Shown here in pieces: positions 18,224 through 34,021 of a stretch of 64,000 nucleotides of DNA (position 1 is its first letter; each line of letters begins with the position of its first letter). Source of the DNA: Haliangiales bacterium (GTDB lineage: Bacteria; Myxococcota_A; Polyangia; Haliangiales; Haliangiaceae). The DNA is taken from assembly GCA_041916575.1 (NCBI GenBank), contig JAYRZI010000002.1, positions 149,117-213,116 of the forward strand, in the 5' to 3' direction. The notes under the pieces are model-generated. The model ran no database searches. It was given only the letters and a program-made list of their open reading frames with translations, and was not told the origin of the DNA. The position numbers and the translations under genes were made by a program.

Positions 18224-21200
18224 GCCCGCAGCGCCTCGGCGAAGGCCTACCGCAGCCCGAGGCGCCGCAGCACCTCGGAGACTACCTGCTCGTCGACGTG
18301 CTCGGCGCTGGCGGCATGGGCCTGGTGTATCGCGCGCGGCACCTGCCCAGCGATCGCGAGGTGGCGATCAAGACGGTGCGGGTCGCCACCGAATCGATGC
18401 TGGAGTCGATTCGGCGAGAGATCCAGATGCTGCGAGAGCTGCGCCATCCTGGGGTGATCTCCGTGCTGGAGCACGGCGTGGAAGGAGCCACGCCTTGGTA
18501 CGCGATGGAGCTGCTGCGCGGGCGCACGCTGCGCGACGAGCTCGACATGTGGTCGCCGGCACGGCGCCACGACGCCACTACCCGCGACCCGGCGCGCGAG
18601 GCCACCGCCTTGGTCGGCAGCGAGATCACGCGTGAGCTCGGCGCCGCTGCCGCGCGCGACCGTGGCGATCCGCTGGCGCGCACCTGGACGGGCAGCGAGC
18701 TGGGTTCGGGCGGCGAGGTCCGGGGAGCGGACGACAGGCGCGGCGCCGAGCCCGAGGCGCTGCCAGGCGTCCTGCGGTTGTTCCGCAAGATCTGCCAGGC
18801 GCTGGCCTATGTTCACGGCCAGGGCATCCTGCATCGCGATCTGAGCCCGGCCAATGTGTTCCTGCTCGAAGACGGCTTCGAGGTGCAGCCGGTGCTCTTC
18901 GACTTTGGTCTGGCGGGGCAGTTTCGGACTGCCAGCGGGCGCGAGGTGCTCGAGGTCGGCGGCCTCTTGCGCGGCACGGCACACTACATGGCGCCCGAGC
19001 AGGCGCGTGGCGAGGTGGTCGACGCGCGCGCTGATGTGTATTCGCTCGGCTGCATGCTGTACGAGGCACTGGCAGGGCGGCCGCCGTTTCTGGCCGAGTC
19101 GCCGCTGGCCGTGCTGCTGCGGCACTGCGAAGACCTGGCGCCAGCGCCCTCGGTGCTGGCGCCGCAGGTGCCGCGCGCGCTGGATGCGCTGGTCATGCAC
19201 ATGCTGGACAAGCGGCCGCGCGATCGCATCGGCTACGCCGAGGACGTCGCCGCCGAGCTGGCGCGGATCGAGCGCTCGCTCGCGCCGGACAGCGAGCCGC
19301 GGGTCGAGCTCCGCGCAGACCCGGCGGCGGGAGAGCGGCCGCGGCCGTATGTGTACCGGCCGGGCCTGGCCGGGCGTCAGGAGCTGGTGGAGCTGCTCGA
19401 GGAGCTGATGTTCGGGGCCGAGCCGAGGGAGGACCGGGGCGGCTGCGTCGCGCTGGTCGGCGAGGGCGGCGTGGGCAAGACGCGCCTGGCCGGCGAGCTT
19501 GCGACCCGGGCTCGCGAGCGAGACCTCACGGTGCTCACCGGCGAATGCGAGCAGGTCGGCGTGGGCGAGGCCGAGGAGCTGCGCGCCGGGCCGCTGGCCC
19601 CGCTGCGGCCCGTGCTCCGCGCGGTAGCGGAGCGCTGCCGTGAGGGCGGAGCGCTCGAGTGCGAGCGCTTGCTCGGCGCCAGCGGGGGCCTGCTCGCTGC
19701 CTACGAGCCTGCGCTGGCGGAGCTGGCGCCGGCGGTGCATGACCATGTCGATCCTGCGACCGCGCGCTTCCGCGTGCTGGCGGTCCTGGGCGACACCCTA
19801 CGTGCGCTGGTCCGCGACACGCCGACGCTGCTCGTGCTCGATGATCTGCAGTGGGCCGATGAGCTGACGCTGGCGGTCTTGGCCTCGCTGGGGCAGAGCG
19901 TCGCCGGGTTGTGGATCCTGACCACCGTGCGGGCCGAGGAGATGACGCCCGCGCTCGACGAGGTGCTGGCCGCGCTCGGCGCGGCGGTGGTGCAGGTGCC
20001 GCGGCTGTCCTCCGAAGCGGTGGGGGCCATGGTCAAGGACATGCTCGCGCTCGAGGACGCGGCGCCGGCGCTCACCGCGCTGGTCGCTGGGTGGTCGGAA
20101 GGCAACCCCTACTTCGCCGCCGAGTACGTGCGCGTCGCCGTCGAGGAGGGCGCGCTGCACCGCGACGTCGGCGGGCGCTGGCAGCTCCGCGAGTCCGAGC
20201 CCGCGAGCTTCGCGCGCCTGGCCACGCCGGGCTCGGTGCAAGCGCTGGTGGCGCGGCGCTTGACCTTGCTGTCGCCGCTGGCGCGCGAGGTGGCGCTGGC
20301 CGCTGCGGTGCTGGGCCGGGCGCTCGCCGCGCCGGCGCTGGTCGCTACCGCTGGGTGCGAGGCCGAGGCCGCGCGTGGTGCGGTGGTCGAGCTCTTGCAG
20401 CGCCACGTGCTGGTCGATGCCGGCGCCGCCGGCCTGCGGTTCTTGCACGCGCGGCTGCGCGATCACGTCTACGGCGCCGCCGAGCCCTCCGCGCGCCGCG
20501 AGCTGCATCGCCGCGCCGCGCACTGGCTCGAGCGGGCGCCGGTCGGCGATGCGCCGTCGGCGCGGTGGGCCGAGCTGGCGCTGCACTGGGAGCACTGCGG
20601 AGAGCTGCGCAAGACCGCCGACTACCTCGAGCGCGCCGCCGAGCATGCGCTGTTCGCGGCGGCTTTCGGCGAGGCGCGGACGCTCCTGCGGCGCTTGCTC
20701 GAGCTGCCGCTGGAGGTGGAGCCCGAGCGCAGCGCGCGCTGGCAGCGAAGGCTCGGAGAGGCGTGCTTCGCGCTCGGCGACTTGCCATCCGCTGCGCGCC
20801 ACGCGCAGCAGTCGCTCGAGCAGCTCGGCCACACGTTGCCGCGCTCGACCGCAGGCTGGGCGGCCACCATCGGGCTCGGGATCGGGCGACAGGTCGCGTC
20901 GCGGGTCGCTCGTTCTCGTCGGTTGCCGGCGCTGCTGCGCCCTTCGGCGCGTGAGCAGGAACGCGCGCCAGCGCCGGACAGTGCGTTGGTCGAGGCGGCG
21001 CTGGCCTCGGCGCGCATGACCTCGTACTACTTCTTCGCCAACGAGCCGCTGGGGCTGCTCGGATCCTCGCTGCAGGCGGTGAACCTGGCAGAGCGAGTGA
21101 GGGAAGGCGTGCCGGTCGCCGAGATCTATGCGCAGCTCGGCTACATCGCGAGGGTGGCGCGTCTGGCCCCGGTGGCTCGCGCCTACTTCGCCAAGGCGCG

Positions 21201-22092
21201 CGCCACCGCCAAGGCCACCCGCGATCGCTCGGGGCTGGCCTGGGCCTACTTCACGGAGGCGGCGTGCTGCGTCGGCAACGCCGAGCTGGCGCGGGCCAAA
21301 GAGGTGGCGCACAAGGGGCTGGCGATCGCCGAGGCGTTGCGCAATCCGCAGGACGTGGAGGTGGCGCACACCATCCTGGGCCACTGTGATTTCGCCGGTG
21401 GCGACTATGCCGCGGCGCTGGAGTCTGCTCGCCGTCTCTATGACTCGGCGCACGCACGGGCCAATCGCCAGCACGAGGCGTGGGGGTTGTATACGCGCGC
21501 GCGCGCGGAGCTGTACCTGGGGCGGCTCGAGCCGGCGCTCGCTGGCTTCGGCAAGGCGCAGGCGTTGCTCGACGGGACGTCGGATCGGGCGTCGCAGATC
21601 TTGTGCGGCGGGCTCGGTTCGCTGGCGTTGGTGCGTTCTGGTCGCCTGGCCGAGGCGCGGGCGCAGGCGCTGGCGGTGAGCGAGCTCATCGGCGCGCGCA
21701 CTCCGCCGGTGTTCACCATCGCCGAGGGGTTCGTGTGCACCGCCGAGACGTTCCTGGAGTTGTGGCGTCGCGGCGATGCGGCTGCAGAGGCGAGCGCCCG
21801 TCGCGCCATTGCGGATGTCGCGCGGCTGGCGCGGCTCTTTGCGATCGCGCGCCCAGCCGCGGCGGCGCTCGCTGGCCTCTATCAGCTGCGTCGAGGGCAC
21901 GCGCGCTGGGCTCGGCTGCGGCTGCAGCAGGGCCTGGCACTGGCGCGCTCGCTCGGCCTGCCGTATGACGAAGCGCGCGCGCACGCGGGGCTGGCCGCGG
22001 TGCCGAACCTGGGCGCCTCGGCCGAGCACGCCGCGGCGGCGCGACGGCTCTATCAGCGCCTGGGATGCGCCTGGCACCTCGGCCACGAGTAG
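18220..22092 (+). CDS. Ser/Thr protein kinase with C-terminal AAA/STAND ATPase and TPR domains
   Basis: Kinase subdomains LGAGGMGLVYRA...AIK, HRDLSPANV, DFG; P-loop ALVGEGGVGKTRLAGEL; long TPR-like C-terminus; ATG at 18220. Confidence 0.85.
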   Translation: MSPQRLGEGLPQPEAPQHLGDYLLVDVLGAGGMGLVYRARHLPSDREVAIKTVRVATESMLESIRREIQMLRELRHPGVISVLEHGVEGATPWYAMELLRGRTLRDELDMWSPARRHDATTRDPAREATALVGSEITRELGAAAARDRGDPLARTWTGSELGSGGEVRGADDRRGAEPEALPGVLRLFRKICQALAYVHGQGILHRDLSPANVFLLEDGFEVQPVLFDFGLAGQFRTASGREVLEVGGLLRGTAHYMAPEQARGEVVDARADVYSLGCMLYEALAGRPPFLAESPLAVLLRHCEDLAPAPSVLAPQVPRALDALVMHMLDKRPRDRIGYAEDVAAELARIERSLAPDSEPRVELRADPAAGERPRPYVYRPGLAGRQELVELLEELMFGAEPREDRGGCVALVGEGGVGKTRLAGELATRARERDLTVLTGECEQVGVGEAEELRAGPLAPLRPVLRAVAERCREGGALECERLLGASGGLLAAYEPALAELAPAVHDHVDPATARFRVLAVLGDTLRALVRDTPTLLVLDDLQWADELTLAVLASLGQSVAGLWILTTVRAEEMTPALDEVLAALGAAVVQVPRLSSEAVGAMVKDMLALEDAAPALTALVAGWSEGNPYFAAEYVRVAVEEGALHRDVGGRWQLRESEPASFARLATPGSVQALVARRLTLLSPLAREVALAAAVLGRALAAPALVATAGCEAEAARGAVVELLQRHVLVDAGAAGLRFLHARLRDHVYGAAEPSARRELHRRAAHWLERAPVGDAPSARWAELALHWEHCGELRKTADYLERAAEHALFAAAFGEARTLLRRLLELPLEVEPERSARWQRRLGEACFALGDLPSAARHAQQSLEQLGHTLPRSTAGWAATIGLGIGRQVASRVARSRRLPALLRPSAREQERAPAPDSALVEAALASARMTSYYFFANEPLGLLGSSLQAVNLAERVREGVPVAEIYAQLGYIARVARLAPVARAYFAKARATAKATRDRSGLAWAYFTEAACCVGNAELARAKEVAHKGLAIAEALRNPQDVEVAHTILGHCDFAGGDYAAALESARRLYDSAHARANRQHEAWGLYTRARAELYLGRLEPALAGFGKAQALLDGTSDRASQILCGGLGSLALVRSGRLAEARAQALAVSELIGARTPPVFTIAEGFVCTAETFLELWRRGDAAAEASARRAIADVARLARLFAIARPAAAALAGLYQLRRGHARWARLRLQQGLALARSLGLPYDEARAHAGLAAVPNLGASAEHAAAARRLYQRLGCAWHLGHE

Positions 22093-22234
22093 CTCCAGAA
22101 GGCGCACCTTCCGCCGGTTCGCCTCGGTCGGAACGGCGCGGGCCGCCGACACGTCGGTCGAGCTCTGCAGGCGCACCTGGTCGGCAAGCTTCGCGTAGCC
22201 AACCGTCGAGCCCGTTCGCGCTACAGCTACGCCC

Positions 22235-23149
22235 CTACGCCGCCGCCCGCTCGTCCAGCGCGCCCAGCACATACCGGTCCCACAGCGCACTGTGCTCGGC
22301 GCGGAAAAAACCAAAGTGCCCCAGCCGTGCCACCCCCAGCTCTGCTGGATCCAGGCGCAGCGCTTCGATCGGCGCGCTGCGATAGAGCGCGAGCAGCCCC
22401 GCGATGTTGTCCTGCGACATCAGCTCGTCGTCGGTGAACGACAGCGAGGTCAGCGGAGAGGTCACTTCGGAAAAGCGAGCGCGTATGTGCTCCCCTTCCG
22501 CCGCCGCGTACTCGGGATGCATGCACCACTTGCGCCACTGCCGGATGACTCCCGTCGGCAGATCTCCGACCATGCCCAGGCGCGCGCCCGGGAAGAAGCC
22601 AAAGAGCGGCGGCAAAATCGGCGCGGCACCCCACCACAAGAGCCACACCTTGCGGCGCAGCTTGGCAGGGTAGTGGCGCCAGTACCCGGTGCCTGCGGCG
22701 ATGGTGAGGATCTGGGCGAGCTCGCCGTGGTCGCGCAGGAACGGCACGATCTGCCCGCCGAGGCTGTGTCCGATCCAGCTCACGGGCAGCTCGGGAGCCA
22801 CCGCGCGCAGGTGGTCCAGCGCCGCCTGCGCGTCGCGCTCGGCCCACCCGATGATGTCGATGTCGACCTCGCGCAGCGAGCCCCGCCGCGACGCCCCCAC
22901 GCCGCGCGGATCGAAGGTCAACGTGGTGATGCCGCGCGCCGCCAGGTGGCTGGCGAACGGCTGGTAGAACCGCTGCGGCACCGCCATGGCAGGCGCCAGC
23001 AGCGCAGCTCCTCGGGCCTGGCCGCTCGCCCGGTACAGCCGCGCGGTCAGCCGCGCGCCATCGGCGGCGCATAGCTCGCGCGTTTCGAAGGGAGCAGGGC
23101 CAGGGGCGGCGGCGGCGCTTGCGGTGGGGCGTGGTCGTAGCGATGACAT
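22235..23149 (-). CDS. alpha/beta hydrolase
   Basis: Nucleophile elbow GHSLGG; start ATG at 23149 with AAGGAG RBS. Confidence 0.7.
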   Translation of the reverse strand: MSSLRPRPTASAAAAPGPAPFETRELCAADGARLTARLYRASGQARGAALLAPAMAVPQRFYQPFASHLAARGITTLTFDPRGVGASRRGSLREVDIDIIGWAERDAQAALDHLRAVAPELPVSWIGHSLGGQIVPFLRDHGELAQILTIAAGTGYWRHYPAKLRRKVWLLWWGAAPILPPLFGFFPGARLGMVGDLPTGVIRQWRKWCMHPEYAAAEGEHIRARFSEVTSPLTSLSFTDDELMSQDNIAGLLALYRSAPIEALRLDPAELGVARLGHFGFFRAEHSALWDRYVLGALDERAAA

Positions 23150-23243
23150 GGGGCTCCTTTGGGGCGGTCCAAGGCGCGTCGTTTCAGCTACGATACTGTT
23201 GTTCCGCACGAGAAAAACCTGTCTCTACGCAAGAGATCTTTGC

Positions 23244-24230
23244 ATGAAACACAAGAATGCAGGCAGCCGCCTGGGGTCCTTCGACGAGCTGACGGCGGCA
23301 GAGGTGTTCCTGCGCGTGGTCAAGGCGTCGGGGTTTTCAGCGGCCGCCAAGGCGCTGGGCAAGAGCACCTCGAGCGTGTCGCGCGCCGTGGCCGAGCTGG
23401 AGCGTGAGCTCGGCGCCCAGCTTCTGGCGCGCACCACTCGCCGGCTGCACCTGACCGAGGCCGGCGCCGTGTACGCCGAGCACGCCGAGGGCCTACTGGC
23501 CGCGCAGCGCGCGGGGCGCGATGCCATCGCCGCGCTCTCCGGCGGCGTGGTCAGAGGCCATCTTCGGGTGTCGATGCCGGTGGTGGTGGGCGAGCGCCTC
23601 TTGGCCCCGCACTTGCCGGCGCTGCGCCGCCGATATCCCGAGCTGTGGCTCGAGCTGCACCTCTCCGATCGCAACGCGCCGCTGGTGCAAGGCGGCTTCG
23701 ATCTCGCCATCCGGGTCGGCCGACAAGCGGACTCCTCGCTGCGCGCTCAGCTCCTGGGCCGCGTCCCGGTGCGCCTGGTCGCCAGCCCGCGCTACCTGGC
23801 CAGCCGCGGCGCCCCGGTGCGCCCCGCCGATCTGCGCGGCCACTCGGTGATCACGCTGGGACCGATCGGCGGCAACCACGAGTGGGGCTTTCACCGTCGC
23901 GGCGCGCGACCGCAGCGCGTCGCGGTGGAGAGCCCCTTGCATGCCAGCAGCCCCACCTTGGTAGCGCAGCTCGCCGTCGCCGGGCTCGGCTTGGCGCGCC
24001 TCGACGAGTGGGTGATCCGCGACGAGCTGCGGCGCGGCGCCTTGGTCGAGGCGATGCCGGCATGGTCGTGCAACGCGCCCGACGGCGGCCTGCCCGTGTA
24101 CGTGGTCTATGCGCAGACCGCCAGCGCCACGCCGCCACTCAAGTCACGAGTGTTCGCCGAGCTGCTCAAGGAGATCATCGCGCGGGAAGAGCTGCCCTCG
24201 GCCAAGGGCGGCCCTCTGGCCAAGCGCTGA
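23244..24230 (+). CDS. LysR family transcriptional regulator
   Basis: N-terminal wHTH FLRVVKASGFSAAAKALGKSTSSVSRAVAELE; divergent from the hydrolase gene; ATG at 23244. Confidence 0.85.
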   Translation: MKHKNAGSRLGSFDELTAAEVFLRVVKASGFSAAAKALGKSTSSVSRAVAELERELGAQLLARTTRRLHLTEAGAVYAEHAEGLLAAQRAGRDAIAALSGGVVRGHLRVSMPVVVGERLLAPHLPALRRRYPELWLELHLSDRNAPLVQGGFDLAIRVGRQADSSLRAQLLGRVPVRLVASPRYLASRGAPVRPADLRGHSVITLGPIGGNHEWGFHRRGARPQRVAVESPLHASSPTLVAQLAVAGLGLARLDEWVIRDELRRGALVEAMPAWSCNAPDGGLPVYVVYAQTASATPPLKSRVFAELLKEIIAREELPSAKGGPLAKR

Positions 24231-24270
24231 GCCCGCGCGCGACACCGCGCCGTGCTACGCTTCTGCGGCC

Positions 24271-24648
24271 ATGGCGATGACCCCTCATGAAGCGGAAGTG
24301 GAGCTCGACGGACTGCCCCTGGTACCGGCGATGTCGGGCTCGATGGCCGAGATGAAGGCCCTGCGTGACAAGTGCCTAGAGGCGGACCTGCCGGCCCTGG
24401 TGGGATGCCCGCCCGGCGCCGGCAAGAGTTGAGGGACTCGCACGCACCTCCTGGTCGAGGAGGCAGAGATTCCCCGGCTCGCCGAGCTCTTGCGCTCGGG
24501 CTGGCTCGAGGCGCTCTCTCGCGAGGGCCTGGCGCCGGTCGCGCTGCGTGCCGACGAGAGCTCCGAGCACCCGCCGTGTCCAGCGTGTGGGACCGCCGCC
24601 GCGTTGGTAGCGGGGGCGTGTAGCGACTGCGGGCTGGTGCTCGAGTAG
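24271..24648 (+). CDS. small ORF with Walker-A motif (GCPPGAGKS) interrupted by an in-frame TGA at 24430-24432; C-terminal CxxC...CxxC
   Basis: A single frame keeps high GC3 on both sides of the TGA (MAMTPHEAEV...VGCPPGAGKS*GTRTHLLVEEAE...CPACG...CSDCGLVLE); it may be a pseudogene or a Sec-containing gene. Confidence 0.3.
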
Positions 24649-24785
24649 CGCCAGCTCCGTTGTGCGCTCGCGCACCGCGGTTTCTCCGACGCGGCGCCGT
24701 CGGCTAGCGGGATCGCTTCCGAGGGTTGGCCGCGGGTTCGCGCGGCCTTTGCTTCCTCGGCAGATCCCAAGTAGATTCGCCGGCC

Positions 24786-26393
<1,608 letters not shown>

Positions 26394-26403
26394 CCTGCGG
26401 ACC

Positions 26404-26431
26404 CTGGCGTGCACGCCTTCGGGGCGCCAGG
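26404..26431 (+). terminator. putative terminator hairpin (cctggcg...gcc-TTCG-ggc...cgccagg)
   Basis: Inverted repeat with a UUCG tetraloop 10 nt after the prfC stop. Confidence 0.35.
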
Positions 26432-26694
26432 CCCTGTGGGCCGAGCGCCCCCGGCGCACGAGGTCGCGTCAACCGGAGCCAGCGGGGCGCCGGTGCGGCG
26501 CCGGTGCGTTCGGCGGCGCGAGCCTCGCGCTGGGCACTTGGCGGGGAACCGGGAAAGCCCGTACTGGCGGCTGTAACCTCTGCCGTGTAGGAGCCTCTCA
26601 CCCGCCTGTCCGCCGCGTCAGCTACCCGAAATCGCGGGATGCTGCCGCGCCTCCGAGGCTACATAGTAGCCTTGGGTCTGGATATAGTTCCGCT

Positions 26695-27048
26695 ATGGTA
26701 GTGCGTATGTCCGACGACAAGCGTCCCTCGAAGCCGCGCCCCCCGGGCGACCGGCAAACCGGCCTCATCCTCGAGGAACGGACGCGGACCAAGCAGCCCC
26801 CGATGTTCAAGGTGCTGCTGCACAACGATGACTACACCACGCGCGAGTTCGTGGTGTGGGTGCTGCAGACCGTGTTCCACAAGAGCGATGACGAAGCGGT
26901 GGCCATCATGTCGCACGTGCACAACCACGGAGTGGGGGTGGCGGGGATCTACACCTTCGAGATCGCCGAGACCAAGGTCACCAAGACCATGCACCTGGCG
27001 CGCGCGCAGCAGTATCCGCTGCAGCTCACCATCGAGCCCGCGGAGTGA
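26695..27048 (+). CDS. clpS: ATP-dependent Clp protease adaptor ClpS
   Basis: PPMFKVLLHNDDYTTREFVVWVLQTVF; alternative start at ATG 26707. Confidence 0.9.
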   Translation: MVVRMSDDKRPSKPRPPGDRQTGLILEERTRTKQPPMFKVLLHNDDYTTREFVVWVLQTVFHKSDDEAVAIMSHVHNHGVGVAGIYTFEIAETKVTKTMHLARAQQYPLQLTIEPAE

Positions 27049-27082
27049 TCGCGATGCCGCGTAAGGGAAAGGACCGGTTGTC

Positions 27083-29368
<2,286 letters not shown>

Positions 29369-29513
29369 GTGCTCGTGGCCCGTCGCGGCCGTACCTGCGA
29401 GCGAGCCTGCGCGGCATGACCGAGCGCGCCGCCGCGTCGAGCACGTTCCCTTTCGCCGCTGCGCCGCCGCTCGCGCTCGCAGTCGACATGGACGCTGCCT
29501 GCCCAGGGCCGGC

Positions 29514-29804
29514 TCAGCAGGCGCTGCAGGTACAGGTCATCACCTCCTCCTGCCACACGCAGGAGTCGTAGCCGTTGGCGCCACAAGGCCCCACTACACA
29601 TTCACAGCTCCCCGCGCCCGGAGTGCAGGTCGCGGGCGCTGGCACGCACAGCCGCTCGAGCGTCCATGCATGGGCCTCGACGCAGATCTCGCCAGTCGTG
29701 CACTCGCCGCACGAGGCGACCTTGCGCTCGATAGTCGACACCGCATCGTCGCCGCAGGCGCCGAGCAAGAGGCACATCAGCAAGAAGGTTTTGAGCTTGG
29801 GCAT
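29514..29804 (-). CDS. small Cys-rich lipoprotein
   Basis: MPKLKTFLLMCLLLGAC lipobox; 14 Cys in 96 aa. Confidence 0.45.
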   Translation of the reverse strand: MPKLKTFLLMCLLLGACGDDAVSTIERKVASCGECTTGEICVEAHAWTLERLCVPAPATCTPGAGSCECVVGPCGANGYDSCVWQEEVMTCTCSAC

Positions 29805-30431
29805 GACGTCAGTGTGCGATCAGAGATTGTGAATGGGGAGTGTCAGTCTCTGATATGTGAGCGCGATTCGATGTGTCGAAACTTCGCGTGCTGTCGCGGG
29901 GTTCTCGTAAATTGGAGGATCGAGCCGTCCTGCGTATCAGAGATTCGTCGTCGAGTGATCGAGGTCTCTAGTTCGTGATGAGGAAGCGTAAATGGTGCAG
30001 ATCGCGTGTCGTGAGATCGCTGGTGCCGTCGCCTAGACCCGCTCGGCGTTCGCAGGCGAGGAGACCTTCGATGAAGGCACCAGCCCTGAGTGCTCACATG
30101 GGCGGCGCGAGATCGAGCGGCGCGCATCGGCGCTCGTTGTTGCACGATGGCCTCGGGTCGAACGAGCTTCCGAACGACCTTCGGGAGGTCCTTCCTCGGG
30201 AGGTCCTTCCTGCCTACATCGGCTCGCCATCAATGGACCGGGAACCGAAGCCTCTCGCGCATGCAACCGCTTGATGAGAGGGCTGGCTCGGTCGACGGGT
30301 GCTGCCGCGTGCTGACAGCTCCTACAAAGGCCTTCCTCTAAAGTCCTCGTCGATCTGCTTGCGGATCCCGGCTGCGAGTCTGGCTTGACAGCCCTGCGCG
30401 CTGCGACGAGCATGAAGGGCGTCTGTAGCTC

Positions 30432-31253
30432 ATGCGTGCTGCCGTACCGAACGAATCCGCAGAGGTCGCCCAACGATTGGTTCGTGGCGCGCTGTTCGTC
30501 GACTACGTCCGCATGGTCAGGCGCCAGCGCCAGCTCGAACACCCGCGCCTGTCGCCGGACGACCGTGAGCTGTTGGTCCAGCGGATCGAGCCGATGGAGT
30601 GGTACCCCATGGCGGCGTTCGAGCGCATGGGGCTGGTGATCCTGGAGTCGTTATCGATGGCGCTGCGCAGCGCCGACGCGCTGGATCCCCCGACCTTGTC
30701 GCTGCTCTCCGTGAGCCCGGAGCCGATCCGGTTCTTTGGCCGACATCAGATCGCGCAGATCGTCGGCCAGTTTCCCGAGCTCGTGGTGCCGCGTTCGCCG
30801 CGCGAGACGCTCATGCGCTTCCGCGTGCTGCTGTCGAGCTTCTTCGCGTTCCCGGCCATCGAGGTGCTCTCGATCAACGACACCAGCGCCGAGCTCACTG
30901 TCGATTACGGCATGTCCCCGGCGGCAGAGCGCGCGGCGTGCTGGCAGACCTTGGGCTTCTGTGAGGCGCTCTTGGCGATGGCCGGGGCACGCCACCATCA
31001 CTGCGAGCTGGTGCCGCGGCCCTGGGAGGTCGCCGGAAAGGCGACGCGACTGCGGTTGGCCTGGGTGGACGCGCGCCGACCGCGGCCGAGCGAGACCGGC
31101 CCCGCCGACGTCGCGCCCGCAGGGCTGATTCGGCTGCAGGTTGCGGCGCCTGCCGTCGCGCGGGCGGCGGACGAGATCGTGGTGGAGGTGGAGCCCGCAG
31201 GCCCGAGCGACTCGGCGCCCATCGAGCTCACCGAGCGCAAGGACCGGCCCTGA
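30432..31253 (+). CDS. myxococcal paralogous-family protein (TIGR02265/DUF2378-like)
   Basis: Resembles the paralogous family common in Myxococcales; ATG at 30432. Confidence 0.5.
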   Translation: MRAAVPNESAEVAQRLVRGALFVDYVRMVRRQRQLEHPRLSPDDRELLVQRIEPMEWYPMAAFERMGLVILESLSMALRSADALDPPTLSLLSVSPEPIRFFGRHQIAQIVGQFPELVVPRSPRETLMRFRVLLSSFFAFPAIEVLSINDTSAELTVDYGMSPAAERAACWQTLGFCEALLAMAGARHHHCELVPRPWEVAGKATRLRLAWVDARRPRPSETGPADVAPAGLIRLQVAAPAVARAADEIVVEVEPAGPSDSAPIELTERKDRP

Positions 31254-31276
31254 GCTGACCGAGCCCCGCCGTTCGG

Positions 31277-32280
31277 CTACAAGCCGACTTCGCGGCGTAG
31301 CTCCACGCCGCGGTAGCGGCGCTTGCCGCCGCGCTCGGCTGCGCGCACCAGGTCTACGACCCGCTGGCAGACCGGCGCGGTCACGCCGTGCTGCGCCGCC
31401 AGCTCCAGCACCGCGCCATTGATGTCATCGATCTCGGTGGCGCGGCCGGCCTCCAGATCCTCGGCCATCGAGGAGCGTGCCGCTGGATCGATGCGCAGCG
31501 TGCGTAGCGCCAGCCGCGTATAGGCCCAGGTCGGCAAGCGCAGCAGCGAGGGGATCGCGCTCGGGCGGACGCGGGTGAGCCGAGCGGGCTCGATGTCGGC
31601 GGCGCGCAGCGCCGATAGCCCCTCGCGCATGCACGCCGAGAGCACCACGCGGAAGTCGCGATCGGCCAGCTCGTCGAGCAGCGGCACTCCGGACAGCGCG
31701 TTGATCGGGTTGTTGAGGTTGAGCAAGACCTTGGCCCAGAGCACGGCCCGCATGTCGCGGTGGCGCTCCAGGCGGAGGTTTCCGGCGCGCAGCGGCCCAT
31801 CGAGTGCGTCGAGCTCGGGCGTGGGCGCCGCGGCCAGCGCACCTTCCGTGCCGCGGTGCCAGTGTGCAGGCCCGAGCTGGGTCAGGTTGAAGGGCACCAT
31901 GCCCGGTACCACGCGACAGCGCGGTGCGGCGGCGGCGAGCCGGGCGGCGTTGTGTACGCCGTTTTGCAGGCTGACCACCACGGTGCCGGCGCGCGCGTGC
32001 TCGTCGAGCTCGCGGCCCGCGGCCTCGGTGGCCGCAGACTTGACGCACACCAGGACCAGGTCGGCGGCAGCCAAGCATGCAGCCTCGGTAGCCACGGCGA
32101 AGCGCTGGCGCGGCACCCTGGCGTCGAGTCCGTCGAGATCGGTGAGCCGCAGCCCTTCGCCGAGCGCCTCGAGGAAGCGCGGCCGGCCCAGCAGCGTGAC
32201 CTCGGCGCCGCCGTGCGCGAGCGCGCCACCGACGAAGCCGCCGACCAGGCCGGCGCCGTGGATCACGATCTTCGGGCCGC

Positions 32281-32284
<4 letters not shown>
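31277..32284 (-). CDS. 2-dehydropantoate 2-reductase (PanE/ApbA) family oxidoreductase
   Basis: [18 protein letters not shown] Rossmann motif; ATG at 32284 overlapping the rtcR stop (ATGA). Confidence 0.7.
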
Positions 32285-33921
<1,637 letters not shown>

Positions 33922-34005
33922 GTTTCTGGTTCATCGGGAACCAGGAAGGCGGGCGGCGTCCGGGGCGCGTACGAGGTTTCGAGGGACTGCGAGCGCGTGA
34001 GCCGC

Positions 34006-34021
34006 TGGCACGTGCCTCGCA
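34006..34021 (+). promoter_or_regulatory. sigma-54 (-24/-12) promoter TGGCACgtgccTCGCA upstream of rtcB
   Basis: GG-N10-GC spacing and TGGCAC/TTGCA-like elements; divergent from rtcR. Confidence 0.55.

Noticed and set aside
19798-22314. 838-aa minus-strand ORF antisense to the STK/AAA/TPR gene, and 10290..11522 (+) antisense to the MFS gene
   Set aside because: Extreme Arg/Gly/Ala/Gln bias (RRRG/QQQ runs) and no domain signatures; the sense strands carry unmistakable kinase and MFS motifs
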